From assembly GCA_964399085.1 (NCBI GenBank), contig CAYNPN010000006.1, forward strand, positions 1-54,631: a stretch of DNA of 54,631 nt, in the 5' to 3' direction. The notes below the pieces were generated by a model. It was given only the letters and a program-made list of their open reading frames with translations. It was not told the DNA's origin and made no database searches. Position 1 is the first letter of the stretch. The number at the start of each line of letters is the position of its first letter. Position numbers and translations under genes: made by a program. This stretch comes from Candidatus Hadarchaeota archaeon (GTDB lineage Archaea > Hadarchaeota > Hadarchaeia > Hadarchaeales > JAGGTB01). Positions 8,542 through 20,655 of this stretch are shown in pieces.

Positions 8542-11187
8542 ATGCCGCAAGTTTCAAAAGCGTTGGATGAAGTGGAATTCGGGCTACTTTCCCCAGAGGA
8601 AATTAGGGACCTATCAGTCGCCAGGATAGTTACAGCGGACACTTATGATGAAGACGGATATCCGATAGAGAAAGGTCTTATGGACCCCAGGCTGGGAGTC
8701 ATCGATCCCGGGCTGAGATGTAGAACATGTGGGAAAAGATCAGGAGTGTGTCCCGGACACTTTGGAAGGATTGAGTTAGCGAGACCCGTGGTTCACGTCG
8801 GTTTCTCGAGAACTATTTACAGTTGCCTCCGTTCCACCTGCAGGCAGTGTGGCCGAATTCTTCTCTCGGAAGATAAGCTGGAGAGATATAGGGACAAGCT
8901 CCGGAAGAGAGAAGGTCTCTCCCAATCATGGGAAGATTACTCCAAGAGGATTACAAGACGGGCATACAAAAGGGACGAATGTCCTCACTGCGGTGCCGAA
9001 CAGGAGAAAATAAAATTTGAGAAGCCGACCACTTACAAGGAAGGAGGCGAACGCCTCACACCTAGCGATGTTAGAAGGAGACTCGAAGACATCCCGGATT
9101 CGGATGTTCGATTGCTTGGGATAGATCCCGAAGTCAGTAGACCCGAATGGATGGTCTTGACTGTTCTACCGGTTCCGCCCGTTACAGTGAGGCCCAGCAT
9201 AACTCTGGAGACCGGTGTGCGTTCCGAGGACGATCTCACCCATAAACTTGTAGATGTAATCCGGATTAACCAGAGGCTCAGCGGGAACTTGGAGGCCGGT
9301 GCCCCCCACCTCATAATTGAAGATCTTTGGGAATTGCTCCAATATCATGTGACGACCTTCTTTACCAATGAGGTCTCAGGCATTCCTCCGGCCAGACACA
9401 GATCCGGAAGGAATCTGCGAACTCTAGCCCAGAGGTTGAAGGGCAAGGAAGGAAGATTCCGAGGAAACCTTTCGGGAAAGAGAGTAGATTTTTCTGCCAG
9501 AACTGTGATTTCTCCGGATCCCCAGATTAGCATAAATGAGATTGGAGTGCCTGAATACGTAGCTAGGAATCTCACTATCCCGGTTCAAATTACTAAATAT
9601 AATATTGAGGAGGCCCGAAATCTCATTCGTAGAGGACCGGATATACACCCCGGAGCAACTTCACTTAAGGGTCCGGACGGAAACAGATTCGATCTTAGAT
9701 ACGCCGACAGGGAAGAACTTGCTAAGATGGTAGAGCCGGGCTATGAAATAGAGCGCCACCTGAAGGATGGAGACATCGTACTATTCAACAGGCAACCATC
9801 CCTTCACAGAATGTCTATCATGGCCCACGAAGTTAAAGTCATGCCTGGACAGACTTTCAGGCTGAACTTAGCTGTTTGCCCACCCTATAATGCAGACTTC
9901 GACGGTGATGAAATGAACCTTCATCTGCCTCAGAGTAAAGAGGCTCAGGCAGAGGCTCAGGAGTTAATGAAGGTTCAGGAACAAATACTCTCCCCGCGTT
10001 TCGGCGCCCCGATTATCGGGGGAATTCAAGATCATATCACAGGGTTATATTTACTGACCAAAAGAGGATTTTCTCTAAACCGAGAAGAGGCTCAACAAGT
10101 TCTCGCTTCAGCTAGGATTGACCCCGATTTGCCCGAGCCCTCGGGCGTCGAGGATGGAGAGGAATATTGGGAAGGAAAGGACATCTTTAGTTTGTTCCTG
10201 CCCGATGATCTGAATCTTACCTATAAAGCCAACATTTGTGATAAAGGTGTAGAATGTCACGAATGTGAAAGATGGACTGACGAGCAATGCGAAATTGATG
10301 CGCGGGTCGTAATTAGGGATGGACAGCTTATCGAAGGTGTCATCGACTCCGCTTCCTATGAGGCTCTATCCGACTGCCACGTTCTCGACACAATCGTAAA
10401 AGATTACGGCAATGATGAGGCACGAAAGTTCTTGGATCAAACGACGAAATTGGCGATTGCAGTGATTCAGAGATTTGGCTTCACAACCAGTCTCAGCGAT
10501 GAGGAGATCCCGGAAGAGGCCCGGGAACAGATCCAAGATGTGCTTCAAGATGCTAAAGAGGAAGTTGATAGATTGATTGATGTTTACGAGAGAGGAGAGC
10601 TCGAGCAATTGCCCGGCCGTTCGCTCAGGGAGACCCTTGAAATGAGAATTATGGAATTGCTCGCCGAGACGCGAGACAAAACAGGTGCGATTGCGGAGGA
10701 ACATCTCGGTTTGGACAATGATGCAGTTGTCATGGCGAGGACGGGAGCTCGAGGAAGCATGTTGAATCTTACTCAGATGACAGGATGTGTGGGTCAGCAG
10801 TCGGTTCGAGGGGAGCGGCCTTCTCGAGGATATGCAGGGAGATCACTTTCACATTTCAAAGCAGGAGATCTAAGTGGTGAAGCGCGGGGATTTGCCCGTT
10901 CGAGTTATAAGGATGGGCTCGATCCCACCGAGTTCTTCTTCCATGCTATGGGAGGAAGGGAAGGACTCGTGGACACGGCCGTCCGGACCGCACAGAGCGG
11001 ATACATGCAACGTCGCTTGATTAATGCCCTTCAAGATATCCGTGTAGAACACGACGGAACTGTTAGAGACGATCACGGAAATGTGGTCCAGTTTAAGTAC
11101 GGCGATGATAATGTGGATCCGGCCCGAAGTGATAAGGGCGATGCAGTAAATATCGATCGAATTTTGGAAGATGTTATTGAGGAATAG
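8542..11187 (+). CDS. rpoA1: RNA polymerase subunit A' (Rpo1N)
   Basis: CPGHFG, GKRVDFSAR, catalytic NADFDGD, TAQSGYMQRRL. Confidence 0.98.
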   Translation: MPQVSKALDEVEFGLLSPEEIRDLSVARIVTADTYDEDGYPIEKGLMDPRLGVIDPGLRCRTCGKRSGVCPGHFGRIELARPVVHVGFSRTIYSCLRSTCRQCGRILLSEDKLERYRDKLRKREGLSQSWEDYSKRITRRAYKRDECPHCGAEQEKIKFEKPTTYKEGGERLTPSDVRRRLEDIPDSDVRLLGIDPEVSRPEWMVLTVLPVPPVTVRPSITLETGVRSEDDLTHKLVDVIRINQRLSGNLEAGAPHLIIEDLWELLQYHVTTFFTNEVSGIPPARHRSGRNLRTLAQRLKGKEGRFRGNLSGKRVDFSARTVISPDPQISINEIGVPEYVARNLTIPVQITKYNIEEARNLIRRGPDIHPGATSLKGPDGNRFDLRYADREELAKMVEPGYEIERHLKDGDIVLFNRQPSLHRMSIMAHEVKVMPGQTFRLNLAVCPPYNADFDGDEMNLHLPQSKEAQAEAQELMKVQEQILSPRFGAPIIGGIQDHITGLYLLTKRGFSLNREEAQQVLASARIDPDLPEPSGVEDGEEYWEGKDIFSLFLPDDLNLTYKANICDKGVECHECERWTDEQCEIDARVVIRDGQLIEGVIDSASYEALSDCHVLDTIVKDYGNDEARKFLDQTTKLAIAVIQRFGFTTSLSDEEIPEEAREQIQDVLQDAKEEVDRLIDVYERGELEQLPGRSLRETLEMRIMELLAETRDKTGAIAEEHLGLDNDAVVMARTGARGSMLNLTQMTGCVGQQSVRGERPSRGYAGRSLSHFKAGDLSGEARGFARSSYKDGLDPTEFFFHAMGGREGLVDTAVRTAQSGYMQRRLINALQDIRVEHDGTVRDDHGNVVQFKYGDDNVDPARSDKGDAVNIDRILEDVIEE

Positions 11188-12660
<1,473 letters not shown>

Positions 12661-12664
<4 letters not shown>

Positions 12665-13089
12665 AGATAAAATTATCCAACGAAAAGCTACAGTACCTTT
12701 CACTCTTTGAGGATATTACAGGTATTACTCCAAAGGATTGTGTAGATAGCGGAAACGGCGATCATCTGACATTCGTTATAGATTCGGAGGACATGGGGAG
12801 GGCTATCGGAGAGAATGGGAGAAATATCAACAAGGTGAGGGAGAAGATGGACAAAAAGGTAGATATTGTGGAGTATTCCGATGATCCGGAGGAGTTTTTG
12901 AGAAACATATTTTCACCCATAGAAATTCGGGAGATAGATTTTGAAGAGAAGGAAGGTAAAAAATCCGCCCGCATTCGCGTGAAACAATCCGAAAAGGGCC
13001 GTGCTGTAGGGAAGGACGGATGGAATATAAAGCGGGCAAGAAAACTTTCAGACCGACATCACGGGTTGGTGGATGTCACTTTCGTGTAA
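12661..13089 (+). CDS. nusA: Archaeal NusA (KH domains)
   Basis: GRAIGENGRNI and GRAVGKDGWNI KH motifs; synteny. Confidence 0.93.
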
Positions 13090-13131
13090 GTTTTAAGAAA
13101 GGGTTGTGAAGTTAATTAATCAACGAGGGAA

Positions 13132-13575
13132 ATGAAAATGAGCCAAGGTGCAAGTGGAGAATTTGCCGCTCGAAAGCTTAAGAACAGCCGCCAAAAAAGG
13201 AGATGGCAGGATGAAGACTACAAACGGCGTATGCTGGGATTGGATGAGAAGACGGATCCACTTGAAGGAGCTCCACAAGCCCGCGGCATAGTTTTGGCCA
13301 AGGTAGGAGTAGAAGCAAAACAACCAAATTCGGCAGTTAGGAAATGTGTAAGAGTCCAGATAATTAAAAACGGCCGACGAATAACTGCCTTTGTTCCAGG
13401 GGAGAATGCGATTAGCTTTATCGATGAACACGATGAGGTTTTAGTTGAGGGAATTGGAGGAGCTGAGGGTGGAGCCAAGGGGGATATTCCGGGCGTCGGC
13501 CATAAAGTTATCAAGGTCAATGGTGTTTCCTTGGAAGAATTAGTTAGAGGTAACAAGGAGAAACCCGCTAGGTGA
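13132..13575 (+). CDS. rps12: 30S ribosomal protein S12
   Basis: [22 protein letters not shown]. Confidence 0.97.
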   Translation: MKMSQGASGEFAARKLKNSRQKRRWQDEDYKRRMLGLDEKTDPLEGAPQARGIVLAKVGVEAKQPNSAVRKCVRVQIIKNGRRITAFVPGENAISFIDEHDEVLVEGIGGAEGGAKGDIPGVGHKVIKVNGVSLEELVRGNKEKPAR

Positions 13576-14186
13576 TATCTTTGCCATTGAAATACTTTGG
13601 AGAGTGGTCGGTTGATGACGTTGAAGTTGAAGACCGCGGCTTGCGTAGATATATCAGATTGGAGCCTAAGTTAGCGCCACATGCGGCAGGAAGGCAAAAT
13701 GACAAGAGATTCAATAAGGAAGATGTTCCGATTGTGGAAAGATTGATGAATAAGCTCATGCGCTCGGGTCCGGGTAAGGGAAAGTCCGGAGGAAAAAGTA
13801 TCAGAGGATCAAAGAATTGTGGAAAAAAACATCAGGCTTACAAAATTGTCCGAAAGGCTTTTGAGATTATCGAGGAGGAGACTGGAGAGAATCCTATTCA
13901 GGTTTTGGTAGATGCGATTCAAAATTCCGCACCGCGGGAGGAGACCACTAAGATAAGCTATGGTGGAATTACATATCACGAGGCGGTTGATTCTGCACCT
14001 CAGCGGAGGTTGGATATAGCTCTGAGAAATTTGTCCGATGGAGCTTATTCCTCCACTTTCAAAAATAAGGATCCTGTTGAGAAATGCTTGGCAGAGGAGC
14101 TAATTTTGGCTTCTCGAGAGGAAAGAGAGAGCTATGGCGTCGAGAAAAAAGCCGGAGTAGAACGGATAGCTAAGGGAGCAAGGTAG
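13572..14186 (+). CDS. rps7: 30S ribosomal protein S7
   Basis: [41 protein letters not shown]. Confidence 0.96.
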   Translation: MISLPLKYFGEWSVDDVEVEDRGLRRYIRLEPKLAPHAAGRQNDKRFNKEDVPIVERLMNKLMRSGPGKGKSGGKSIRGSKNCGKKHQAYKIVRKAFEIIEEETGENPIQVLVDAIQNSAPREETTKISYGGITYHEAVDSAPQRRLDIALRNLSDGAYSSTFKNKDPVEKCLAEELILASREERESYGVEKKAGVERIAKGAR

Positions 14187-14235
14187 TAGCGAAAGCCTTT
14201 TTAATGGTCTTAAGGAACTAGTTGAAGGAGGTAAA

Positions 14236-15501
14236 ATGGCAGAAAAACCACACATGAATTTGGCTGTAATTGGTCACGTCGACCACGGCAAATCTACCCT
14301 AGTCGGAAGAACGTTCTACGAAACCGGCAAGATCGACGATTCGGTGATCGAAGAGTTTGAAGAAATGGGCGAGAAAGGACAGTCTTTCAAATTCGCCTGG
14401 GTAATGGACGCAGTTAAGGAAGAAAGAGAGCGTGGATTGACGATCGATCTTGCTCATGAGAAGTTCGAGACCGATGATTTCTTCTTCACTGTCATTGATG
14501 CTCCCGGACATCGGGACTTCGTGAAGAACATGATTACCGGAGCTAGTCAGGCCGATGCCGCTGTTTTGGTCGTAGCTGCTGACGATGGAGTAATGCCTCA
14601 AACTCGTGAGCATGCTGCATTGGCTTACACTCTTGGTATTGGACAGCTTGTTGTAGTCGTAAACAAGATGGATAAAGTCGGATTCAAAGAGAGCACATAT
14701 GAGGAGGTCAAGTCAGACCTAATTGAACTGTTGAACGGTATAGGATTCAGTAATCCGGAAGCATTTCCTTTCGTGCCGGCTTCGGCTTTTGAGGGAGAAA
14801 ATATCACAGAGCCCAGCGATGAACTGGAATGGTATGACGGCCCGGTATTTCTTGATGCACTAGACCTGTTCGAAGTGCCAGAGAAGCCAGTCGATAAACC
14901 ATTGCGAATCCCGGTTCAGGATGTTTACTCCATCACAGGAGTTGGAACAGTTCCGGTCGGGAGAGTTGAGACAGGTACTATAAATATCGGTGAAGAGGTT
15001 GTTTTTTCACCCTCAGGGAATAAGGCAGAAATCAAATCTATAGAAATGCATCATGAGGAAATTGAAAGCGCCGAGCCAGGGGATAATATCGGTTTCAACG
15101 TGAGAGGATTGTCAAAAGAGGAAATTAGACGTGGAGAAGTAGCTAGTCACACCGACGATACTCCACCCATCGTGGAGGAATTCTCCGCCAGAATCGCCGT
15201 GCTTGAACACCCATCTGCGATTACTGCCGGATACACTCCCGTTTTCCATGTGAACACAGCGCAGGTAGCTTGTGAGATTACGGAAATCATGCAGAAGCTG
15301 AACCCCAAGACGAGCGAAGTTGAAGAAGAGAATCCGGATTACATCAAGACTGGAGACATGGCAACAATTAAGGTTAGACCTACGAGACCGCTGGTTATAG
15401 AAACTGCTTCGGAACTACCACAGTTGAGCCGATTTGCTATCCGAGACATGGGTCAAACCGTGGCAGCTGGCGTTTGCACGGACATCAAGGAAAAGAAATA
15501 G
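14236..15501 (+). CDS. tuf: Elongation factor 1-alpha
   Basis: [35 protein letters not shown]. Confidence 0.98.
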   Translation: MAEKPHMNLAVIGHVDHGKSTLVGRTFYETGKIDDSVIEEFEEMGEKGQSFKFAWVMDAVKEERERGLTIDLAHEKFETDDFFFTVIDAPGHRDFVKNMITGASQADAAVLVVAADDGVMPQTREHAALAYTLGIGQLVVVVNKMDKVGFKESTYEEVKSDLIELLNGIGFSNPEAFPFVPASAFEGENITEPSDELEWYDGPVFLDALDLFEVPEKPVDKPLRIPVQDVYSITGVGTVPVGRVETGTINIGEEVVFSPSGNKAEIKSIEMHHEEIESAEPGDNIGFNVRGLSKEEIRRGEVASHTDDTPPIVEEFSARIAVLEHPSAITAGYTPVFHVNTAQVACEITEIMQKLNPKTSEVEEENPDYIKTGDMATIKVRPTRPLVIETASELPQLSRFAIRDMGQTVAAGVCTDIKEKK

Positions 15502-15830
15502 AGGTTTCTCTCTATAAATTTCGACGTTTCCAAGAATCTTTCGTATTTTTTATTCTTAGATTTTCCTTTAGGCATAGGTCTGAGGTTTTCTTAATTCGAT
15601 GCCCGGTTTTTAGATATCTCTTCGGCGAGAGTTTGTGACACAGTCGAAACCATCTACTTTGCAGAGTGATATTTTTGAAAGATGCAAGTTGGCGTTTTCT
15701 GAGTTTATCCCGGTTCATCTATTTTCCCTGAACTACTTTTAAGTAATAAGCTGAGAACTGTCCCAAAATCCATAATTTCCCCTAAAGTTTTTTTACTACT
15801 GAAATGCTTCTTGGTAGAGTGGGAATAAAC

Positions 15831-16139
15831 TTGCAAAAAGCTAGAATAAAACTCTCCGGGACGGATGTGGATAAGCTCAACGAAGTATGCGATGAGTTGA
15901 TATCCATAGCCGAACGAATAGGTGCGGAGAAGTCGGGCCCCATTCCTCTCCCGACAAATCGAGTTGAAGTCCCGGTCAGGAAATCACCGGACGGTGAAGG
16001 CACGGCCACCTGGGATAGGTGGGAAATGAGGGTCCATAAAAGATTGATAGATATGGAAGCCAACGAGAGGGCGATGAAACAGATAATGAGAGTTCAGGTT
16101 CCCGAGGAAGTTAATATAGAAATCGTAATGACCTCCTGA
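15831..16139 (+). CDS. rps10: 30S ribosomal protein S10
   Basis: [30 protein letters not shown]; TTG start inferred. Confidence 0.96.
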   Translation: MQKARIKLSGTDVDKLNEVCDELISIAERIGAEKSGPIPLPTNRVEVPVRKSPDGEGTATWDRWEMRVHKRLIDMEANERAMKQIMRVQVPEEVNIEIVMTS

Positions 16140-16224
16140 TCTCTGTACCGCTTTCCGAGTATTCTGTTTTTCACCCTAGAAAATGTAAATGTAGTTTAAG
16201 GTCCCTCTATTAATTACTAATAGT

Positions 16225-16312
16225 GCCGGGGTGGCAGAATCTGGCAATGCGCCGGCTTTGAGAGCCGGTGGCCGTTATGGCCTTCTGGGTTCAAATCCCA
16301 GCCCCGGCGCCA
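16225..16312 (+). tRNA. trnS: tRNA-Ser(TGA), CCA encoded
   Basis: GCCGGGG/CCCCGGC-G-CCA; CCGGC-TT-TGA-GA-GCCGG; long variable arm. Confidence 0.95.
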
Positions 16313-16405
16313 TTTGTTTCTAAAATTTGAGAAATTTTGGATGTTGACTATTCAGAAGGTTTATTTAGGCTGGGAGTTTGCATCTTAATTGGAGGAATGT
16401 TTACT

Positions 16406-17395
16406 ATGAGAGTCCATGGCAAAGAAGTTTGGCAGGCTATTAGAGATGAAAAGGTAACAATATTGGCTGCTAATACTAGGTTCGAACTATCAATAGAGCC
16501 TGTTTTAGCCGCCGCAGAGGAGGAGAATAGCGTTGTGGCCATTGAGCTTGCGAAAACCGAGAGTCACGATCCTTGTTATACAGGTATAACGCCGAGCGAA
16601 CTTAATGAACTCACGAAAAAGCACGAAAATGAAGTGGGGGATCCAGTTTACTTCCTACATGAAGATCATAACACCTTCGGAAGAGCTGGTGCTACGGATG
16701 AGGAATTTGAGGACACGGAGAAATTCAGGGATCTAGGAATTGAGAATGAATATACTTCCTTTAGCGTCGACGCCTCCTATCTTGACTTGGAGAAAAATAT
16801 AGAAGTTGCGCCAAAATTGGCCAAGCCCATAGTTGAGAAGGGGTTTGGACTGGAAGTGGAGGTTGGAGAAATAAAAGGTGAAGAAGAAATCACGAAAGTC
16901 GGAGAGGCATTATACTTTGTAGAGAATTTAAAAGAAGAAGACATCAACCCAGACCTTTTGGCGATAAGCAACGGTTCGGTCCACGGACACTATGGAGAGG
17001 GCCAACTTCCCCATATACATCTAAGAAGAACCTATGATATTGCTTCAGCAATAAGGCCATATGGAGTAAGCGGCATTGCTCAACACGGTACCACAGGGAC
17101 ACCTAATATAATAATGGATCAATTCCCGGAACACGAGATTAAGAAGGCAAACGTTGCGACTAATTTCCAGGATATAGTTTGGGAGAATCTTCCCGAGGGT
17201 CTTAAGGGAGACATGGAAGAGTGGAAGGAAGAAAACGATAAGAGTTCCGTAAAATACGGCATCAAGGAGTTCAGGAATGAAATAATGGACATTGGTGAAG
17301 AGTACAAAGAGAAAATCTACGAGGATACCTTCGATAGGACTAGGGAGTTAATTAGACTGTTCAATGCTCAAGACCTAGCCAAAAAGTTCAAATAA
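16406..17395 (+). CDS. fba: Class II fructose-bisphosphate aldolase family protein
   Basis: FLHEDH, SFSVDAS, EVEVGEI, LAISNGSVHGHY, AQHGTTG, KANVAT motifs; start chosen from GGAGG SD. Confidence 0.85.
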   Translation: MRVHGKEVWQAIRDEKVTILAANTRFELSIEPVLAAAEEENSVVAIELAKTESHDPCYTGITPSELNELTKKHENEVGDPVYFLHEDHNTFGRAGATDEEFEDTEKFRDLGIENEYTSFSVDASYLDLEKNIEVAPKLAKPIVEKGFGLEVEVGEIKGEEEITKVGEALYFVENLKEEDINPDLLAISNGSVHGHYGEGQLPHIHLRRTYDIASAIRPYGVSGIAQHGTTGTPNIIMDQFPEHEIKKANVATNFQDIVWENLPEGLKGDMEEWKEENDKSSVKYGIKEFRNEIMDIGEEYKEKIYEDTFDRTRELIRLFNAQDLAKKFK

Positions 17396-17436
17396 TCCAT
17401 TGACTTCTTTTTTCTTTTTTAAAATTGAAAGAGAGA

Positions 17437-18576
17437 TCAGGAGTGAATGATGCGTGTATCCCTCTCGGATTTTTCGCCGAGGAATGGCTTGGCGTATTCC
17501 AAATAAGAGTCGTTGACCTTGAAATTGTCGTAATCTATATAATCAGTTCCGCTGACCTTCTTTACTTTTGATCCTTCTACGAGTTTTTCGGATCCGACTG
17601 ATAGGTCATTACCCTCACACTTTATTGAGGCCATTTTACCCGGTTCATCATTTTCCAGCAATTCCACACACTTCTCCCCACACTCGAAACCGAATTTTTT
17701 ATCTATTTCCAAAGGCTTACCGTTTCTAAGCTCGTACGTCAATGCTATCGGAGCGGTTTTGATTTTCTGACCATCTTGCTCGGATAAATACACTATAGCA
17801 TCTCCAAGACTGCTTACTAATTCGTTGGGGTCGAGTTTGGGATGCCCGAAGTCATCTACGTGCATCTCGTCCTTTTTCACGTGGGTATCCAACCCCTCTA
17901 TGCTTGCTCCTTCACCCACGACTATAACCGCATAAGGGCAGCCGTCCTTTTCTTTGTTCTCGAAGAAGGCATTTTTCGCCCTCTCGTAAATTTCATTTAT
18001 TTCCGTAGTTTCTTCCCCTGGGATTACCATATCTGCATCGCCGTAAGCCCCTGCTCCCGCTGCTACCCAGTCGGTTGATCTTCCAAAGACGGAGATGAGT
18101 GCTATCCTCCGGTGTGTACAGGCTACATCGAAGGATTCCTTAACTGTTTGGGCGGCCGTTCGAATGGCCTTGGGATATCCTATGCAGAAATAGGTTCCGG
18201 AAAGATCGTTATCCATTGTCTTTGGCCAGCCTGCTGTGGCCAGTCCATATTCTTCCCAGAGTTCCGCTAATACTGACAAAGTGTCGTCTCCACCTAGAGC
18301 GATAATTCCATCTATATCCTTTTTCCTAACCGTTTCAATTACGTTTTCGAGGTCTGGTTTCCATCTGCCGGAACCCAGAACCGATCCACCATATTCCTTT
18401 ATTGAATCGATATTTTCTTTGGTTAATTTAACAAAGTCTCCTTTTTCGATTCCCTCCCAGGCGTTGAGAGCGCCCAATACCTCCCAATTATTATCGATGG
18501 CCCTTTTCGTTATACCTTCAATCCCCGCGTTAAGGCCACTTACGTGTCCTCCTCCGGTTAGTACAGCTATTTTCAT
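17437..18576 (-). CDS. pfkA: 6-phosphofructokinase, PfkA family, PPi-dependent signature
   Basis: IAVLTGGG, GGSVLGSGR, LGGDDT, PKTMDND, FGR, VVGEG, DDFGH. Confidence 0.88.
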   Translation of the reverse strand: MKIAVLTGGGHVSGLNAGIEGITKRAIDNNWEVLGALNAWEGIEKGDFVKLTKENIDSIKEYGGSVLGSGRWKPDLENVIETVRKKDIDGIIALGGDDTLSVLAELWEEYGLATAGWPKTMDNDLSGTYFCIGYPKAIRTAAQTVKESFDVACTHRRIALISVFGRSTDWVAAGAGAYGDADMVIPGEETTEINEIYERAKNAFFENKEKDGCPYAVIVVGEGASIEGLDTHVKKDEMHVDDFGHPKLDPNELVSSLGDAIVYLSEQDGQKIKTAPIALTYELRNGKPLEIDKKFGFECGEKCVELLENDEPGKMASIKCEGNDLSVGSEKLVEGSKVKKVSGTDYIDYDNFKVNDSYLEYAKPFLGEKSERDTRIIHS

Positions 18577-18815
18577 TTTCTCACCTTTGTTCTTGGTGTC
18601 TTTCATGGGTTATTTAACCTTTCATTCTTTCCTAAAATTGTTTTTATTTTTTTAATTACAATTCAAACAATTATCACATTTGGATAGGAGATTGAGATAT
18701 ATAAGAGATTTATGTGACTTTCATATGTTAAATAAATAAATTAGAAGTAAAAGAGAAGTATTTTAGGGACAAAAAGGACGTTAGAGATATATAATTATCT
18801 ATAGTTTGGAAAAAA

Positions 18816-19829
18816 TTGACATTGATTCGAATGAAAATAGAAATATCTGGAATTATAAGGTTTTTGATTGTCTCATTTTTTTTAGCGCTCATCCTGACAT
18901 CAATTACTGGTTTACTCCAAAATACTCCGAAAGCCTCGATAGTTGGAGCATACTACTATGGATATCCTTTCTATTTCTTGATAAAAATGCCTCTTTTAAA
19001 TCGGGTCGATTTCGTTCTTATAAATTTCCTTAAAGATTTTCTATTATTCTGGATGGTGATTTCGGCTTTGATTGTTTTAAAATCTTTTTGGAGTCGAAGT
19101 GAAGAACTTCTGCCGAGCTGGAGTGATTATCGTGCCAGGTTCCTAATAATTTTCATACTCTCAGGATTTTTTGCGAAAATGATTTGTGAATTTGTTCATG
19201 AATTTCTGGGACATGGGTCCTTCGTTCTTCTTTTTGGGGGAAAAATCACAAATATCAATATATCAATCCTCTGGCCCTACACATTCTCATCGATAAAGTG
19301 GGCCGGTTCTTTTTTACCTTGGCAAATGATCTGGATTCAGAGTGGAGGTATCCTTGTCACCCTAATTGTTTCTGTAATTCTCCAGACGCTTATACTTATG
19401 AGGTTTATCGAACGAAGATGGTTATCTACATTCTTCTTTTGGCTTTCCTTTTGGACCTTTCTGAGTTCTGCCGGATATCTTCTATTAGGTGGAATTAGCC
19501 CCTTCGGTGATGTAGAATATCTTATTTCTGTAGGAGTGCTCACTCGAAGCTCCTCCCTCTTGATTGGCCTCGGAATATTTTTGGTGATATTTTTCACACT
19601 GTCGCGAATTTACGTGAGAATACTTTCAAAATCAGAATTAGTCGATGATAATAAGTCAATCTGTCTTTCACTAGGTCTTTTCTGGCTTCTCTTGCTCCCT
19701 ATTATCCTTTTGGCTATAGCTGGTAGAAATTGGCCCCTAGCCTATTCAGCACTGGGCGTGCTCCCTGCCGTGATTATTTTGTTTTTATATATCATATCGC
19801 CGAGGATATTCCACGTATTTAGGGGATAA
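18816..19829 (+). CDS. Multi-pass membrane protein with M50-like metalloprotease motif
   Basis: VHEFLGH (HExxxH/HExxH-like) in a TM segment, LFGGKI and downstream PFGD; many hydrophobic helices; start uncertain. Confidence 0.55.
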   Translation: MTLIRMKIEISGIIRFLIVSFFLALILTSITGLLQNTPKASIVGAYYYGYPFYFLIKMPLLNRVDFVLINFLKDFLLFWMVISALIVLKSFWSRSEELLPSWSDYRARFLIIFILSGFFAKMICEFVHEFLGHGSFVLLFGGKITNINISILWPYTFSSIKWAGSFLPWQMIWIQSGGILVTLIVSVILQTLILMRFIERRWLSTFFFWLSFWTFLSSAGYLLLGGISPFGDVEYLISVGVLTRSSSLLIGLGIFLVIFFTLSRIYVRILSKSELVDDNKSICLSLGLFWLLLLPIILLAIAGRNWPLAYSALGVLPAVIILFLYIISPRIFHVFRG

Positions 19830-20051
19830 ACTCCAGCTCAGTTTGGTGGCGTGGTAGGGGAATCTTGGAGGGGTCTCGGATTGGGAGGGAAATTAGTTGA
19901 CTCTATAATCGGCATTGCCAAAGATAAAGGACTTGAAAGAGTTTGGACTAGTCTCCCTTTAGAAAGCGATAGCACGAGAGGTCTATGTAAGAGGCTGGAA
20001 TTTGACATCGAGGAAGGGGAAGAAACCTTTATTGCTACTCTCCCACTCTAA
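19830..20051 (+). pseudogene. C-terminal fragment of a GNAT acetyltransferase domain
   Basis: VVGESWRGLGLGGKLVDSIIGIAKDKGLERVW is an acetyl-CoA-binding motif A; the N-terminal half of the fold is absent. Confidence 0.55.
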
Positions 20052-20129
20052 AAACATATTTGACTTTTAAAAATTGAAGTTCCCACAATATTACTAGACA
20101 TTAACCTACTAAAAGAATCTGAAAAGACT

Positions 20130-20558
20130 ATGAAAAAGTTTGATTGGATCGAACATCCGGCTGATGCCGGATTCAGAGCCTACGGGGAAAATTTAGAGGA
20201 AGCTTTTGAGAATGCAGCTCTAGCTCTCACCGAGTTGATGGTAGATTCCGAAAAAGTAGAACCTGTAGAGCAGGAAAATGTAGAGATTCGATCCGAGGAT
20301 TTGGAAGCTCTACTCTTTGATTGGCTCGATCATTTACTATATCTCCAGGGAGCAAAAGGGTACGTCGCATCAAGATTCAAAATAAAGAGAATTTCGGAAG
20401 AAAATGGCGAATATAAGCTCGAAGGAAAGACATGGGGGGAAAAGTACAGCCGGGAAAAGCATGGGCCAGGAAGTGAGGTAAAGGCGATTACCTATCACAT
20501 GATGGAAATAAACCAAAAGCCAGATCGTAGCTCGGTCCAGGTTGTTGTCGACGTCTAG
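20130..20558 (+). CDS. Archease
   Basis: EHPADAG, AFENAALA, EVKAITYH, C-terminal VVDV; directly upstream of rtcB. Confidence 0.93.
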   Translation: MKKFDWIEHPADAGFRAYGENLEEAFENAALALTELMVDSEKVEPVEQENVEIRSEDLEALLFDWLDHLLYLQGAKGYVASRFKIKRISEENGEYKLEGKTWGEKYSREKHGPGSEVKAITYHMMEINQKPDRSSVQVVVDV

Positions 20559-20655
20559 ATCTGAGGATACTCCTCCGAAATTTCTTTTTCACATGCCTGT
20601 GGGAATGCGAAGAAATTAATAAGAACGGCCAAATGGTTGTTAAGTTGGAAGCAAG

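Noticed and set aside
10230-10300. Cys-rich segment in RpoA1 (CDKGVECHEC...C)
   Set aside because: A Zn-binding segment at this position is known in archaeal Rpo1N; not an intein or novelty.
15512-15718. 68-aa minus-strand ORF between tuf and rps10
   Set aside because: Very basic, unlike the host proteome, with no recognisable family.
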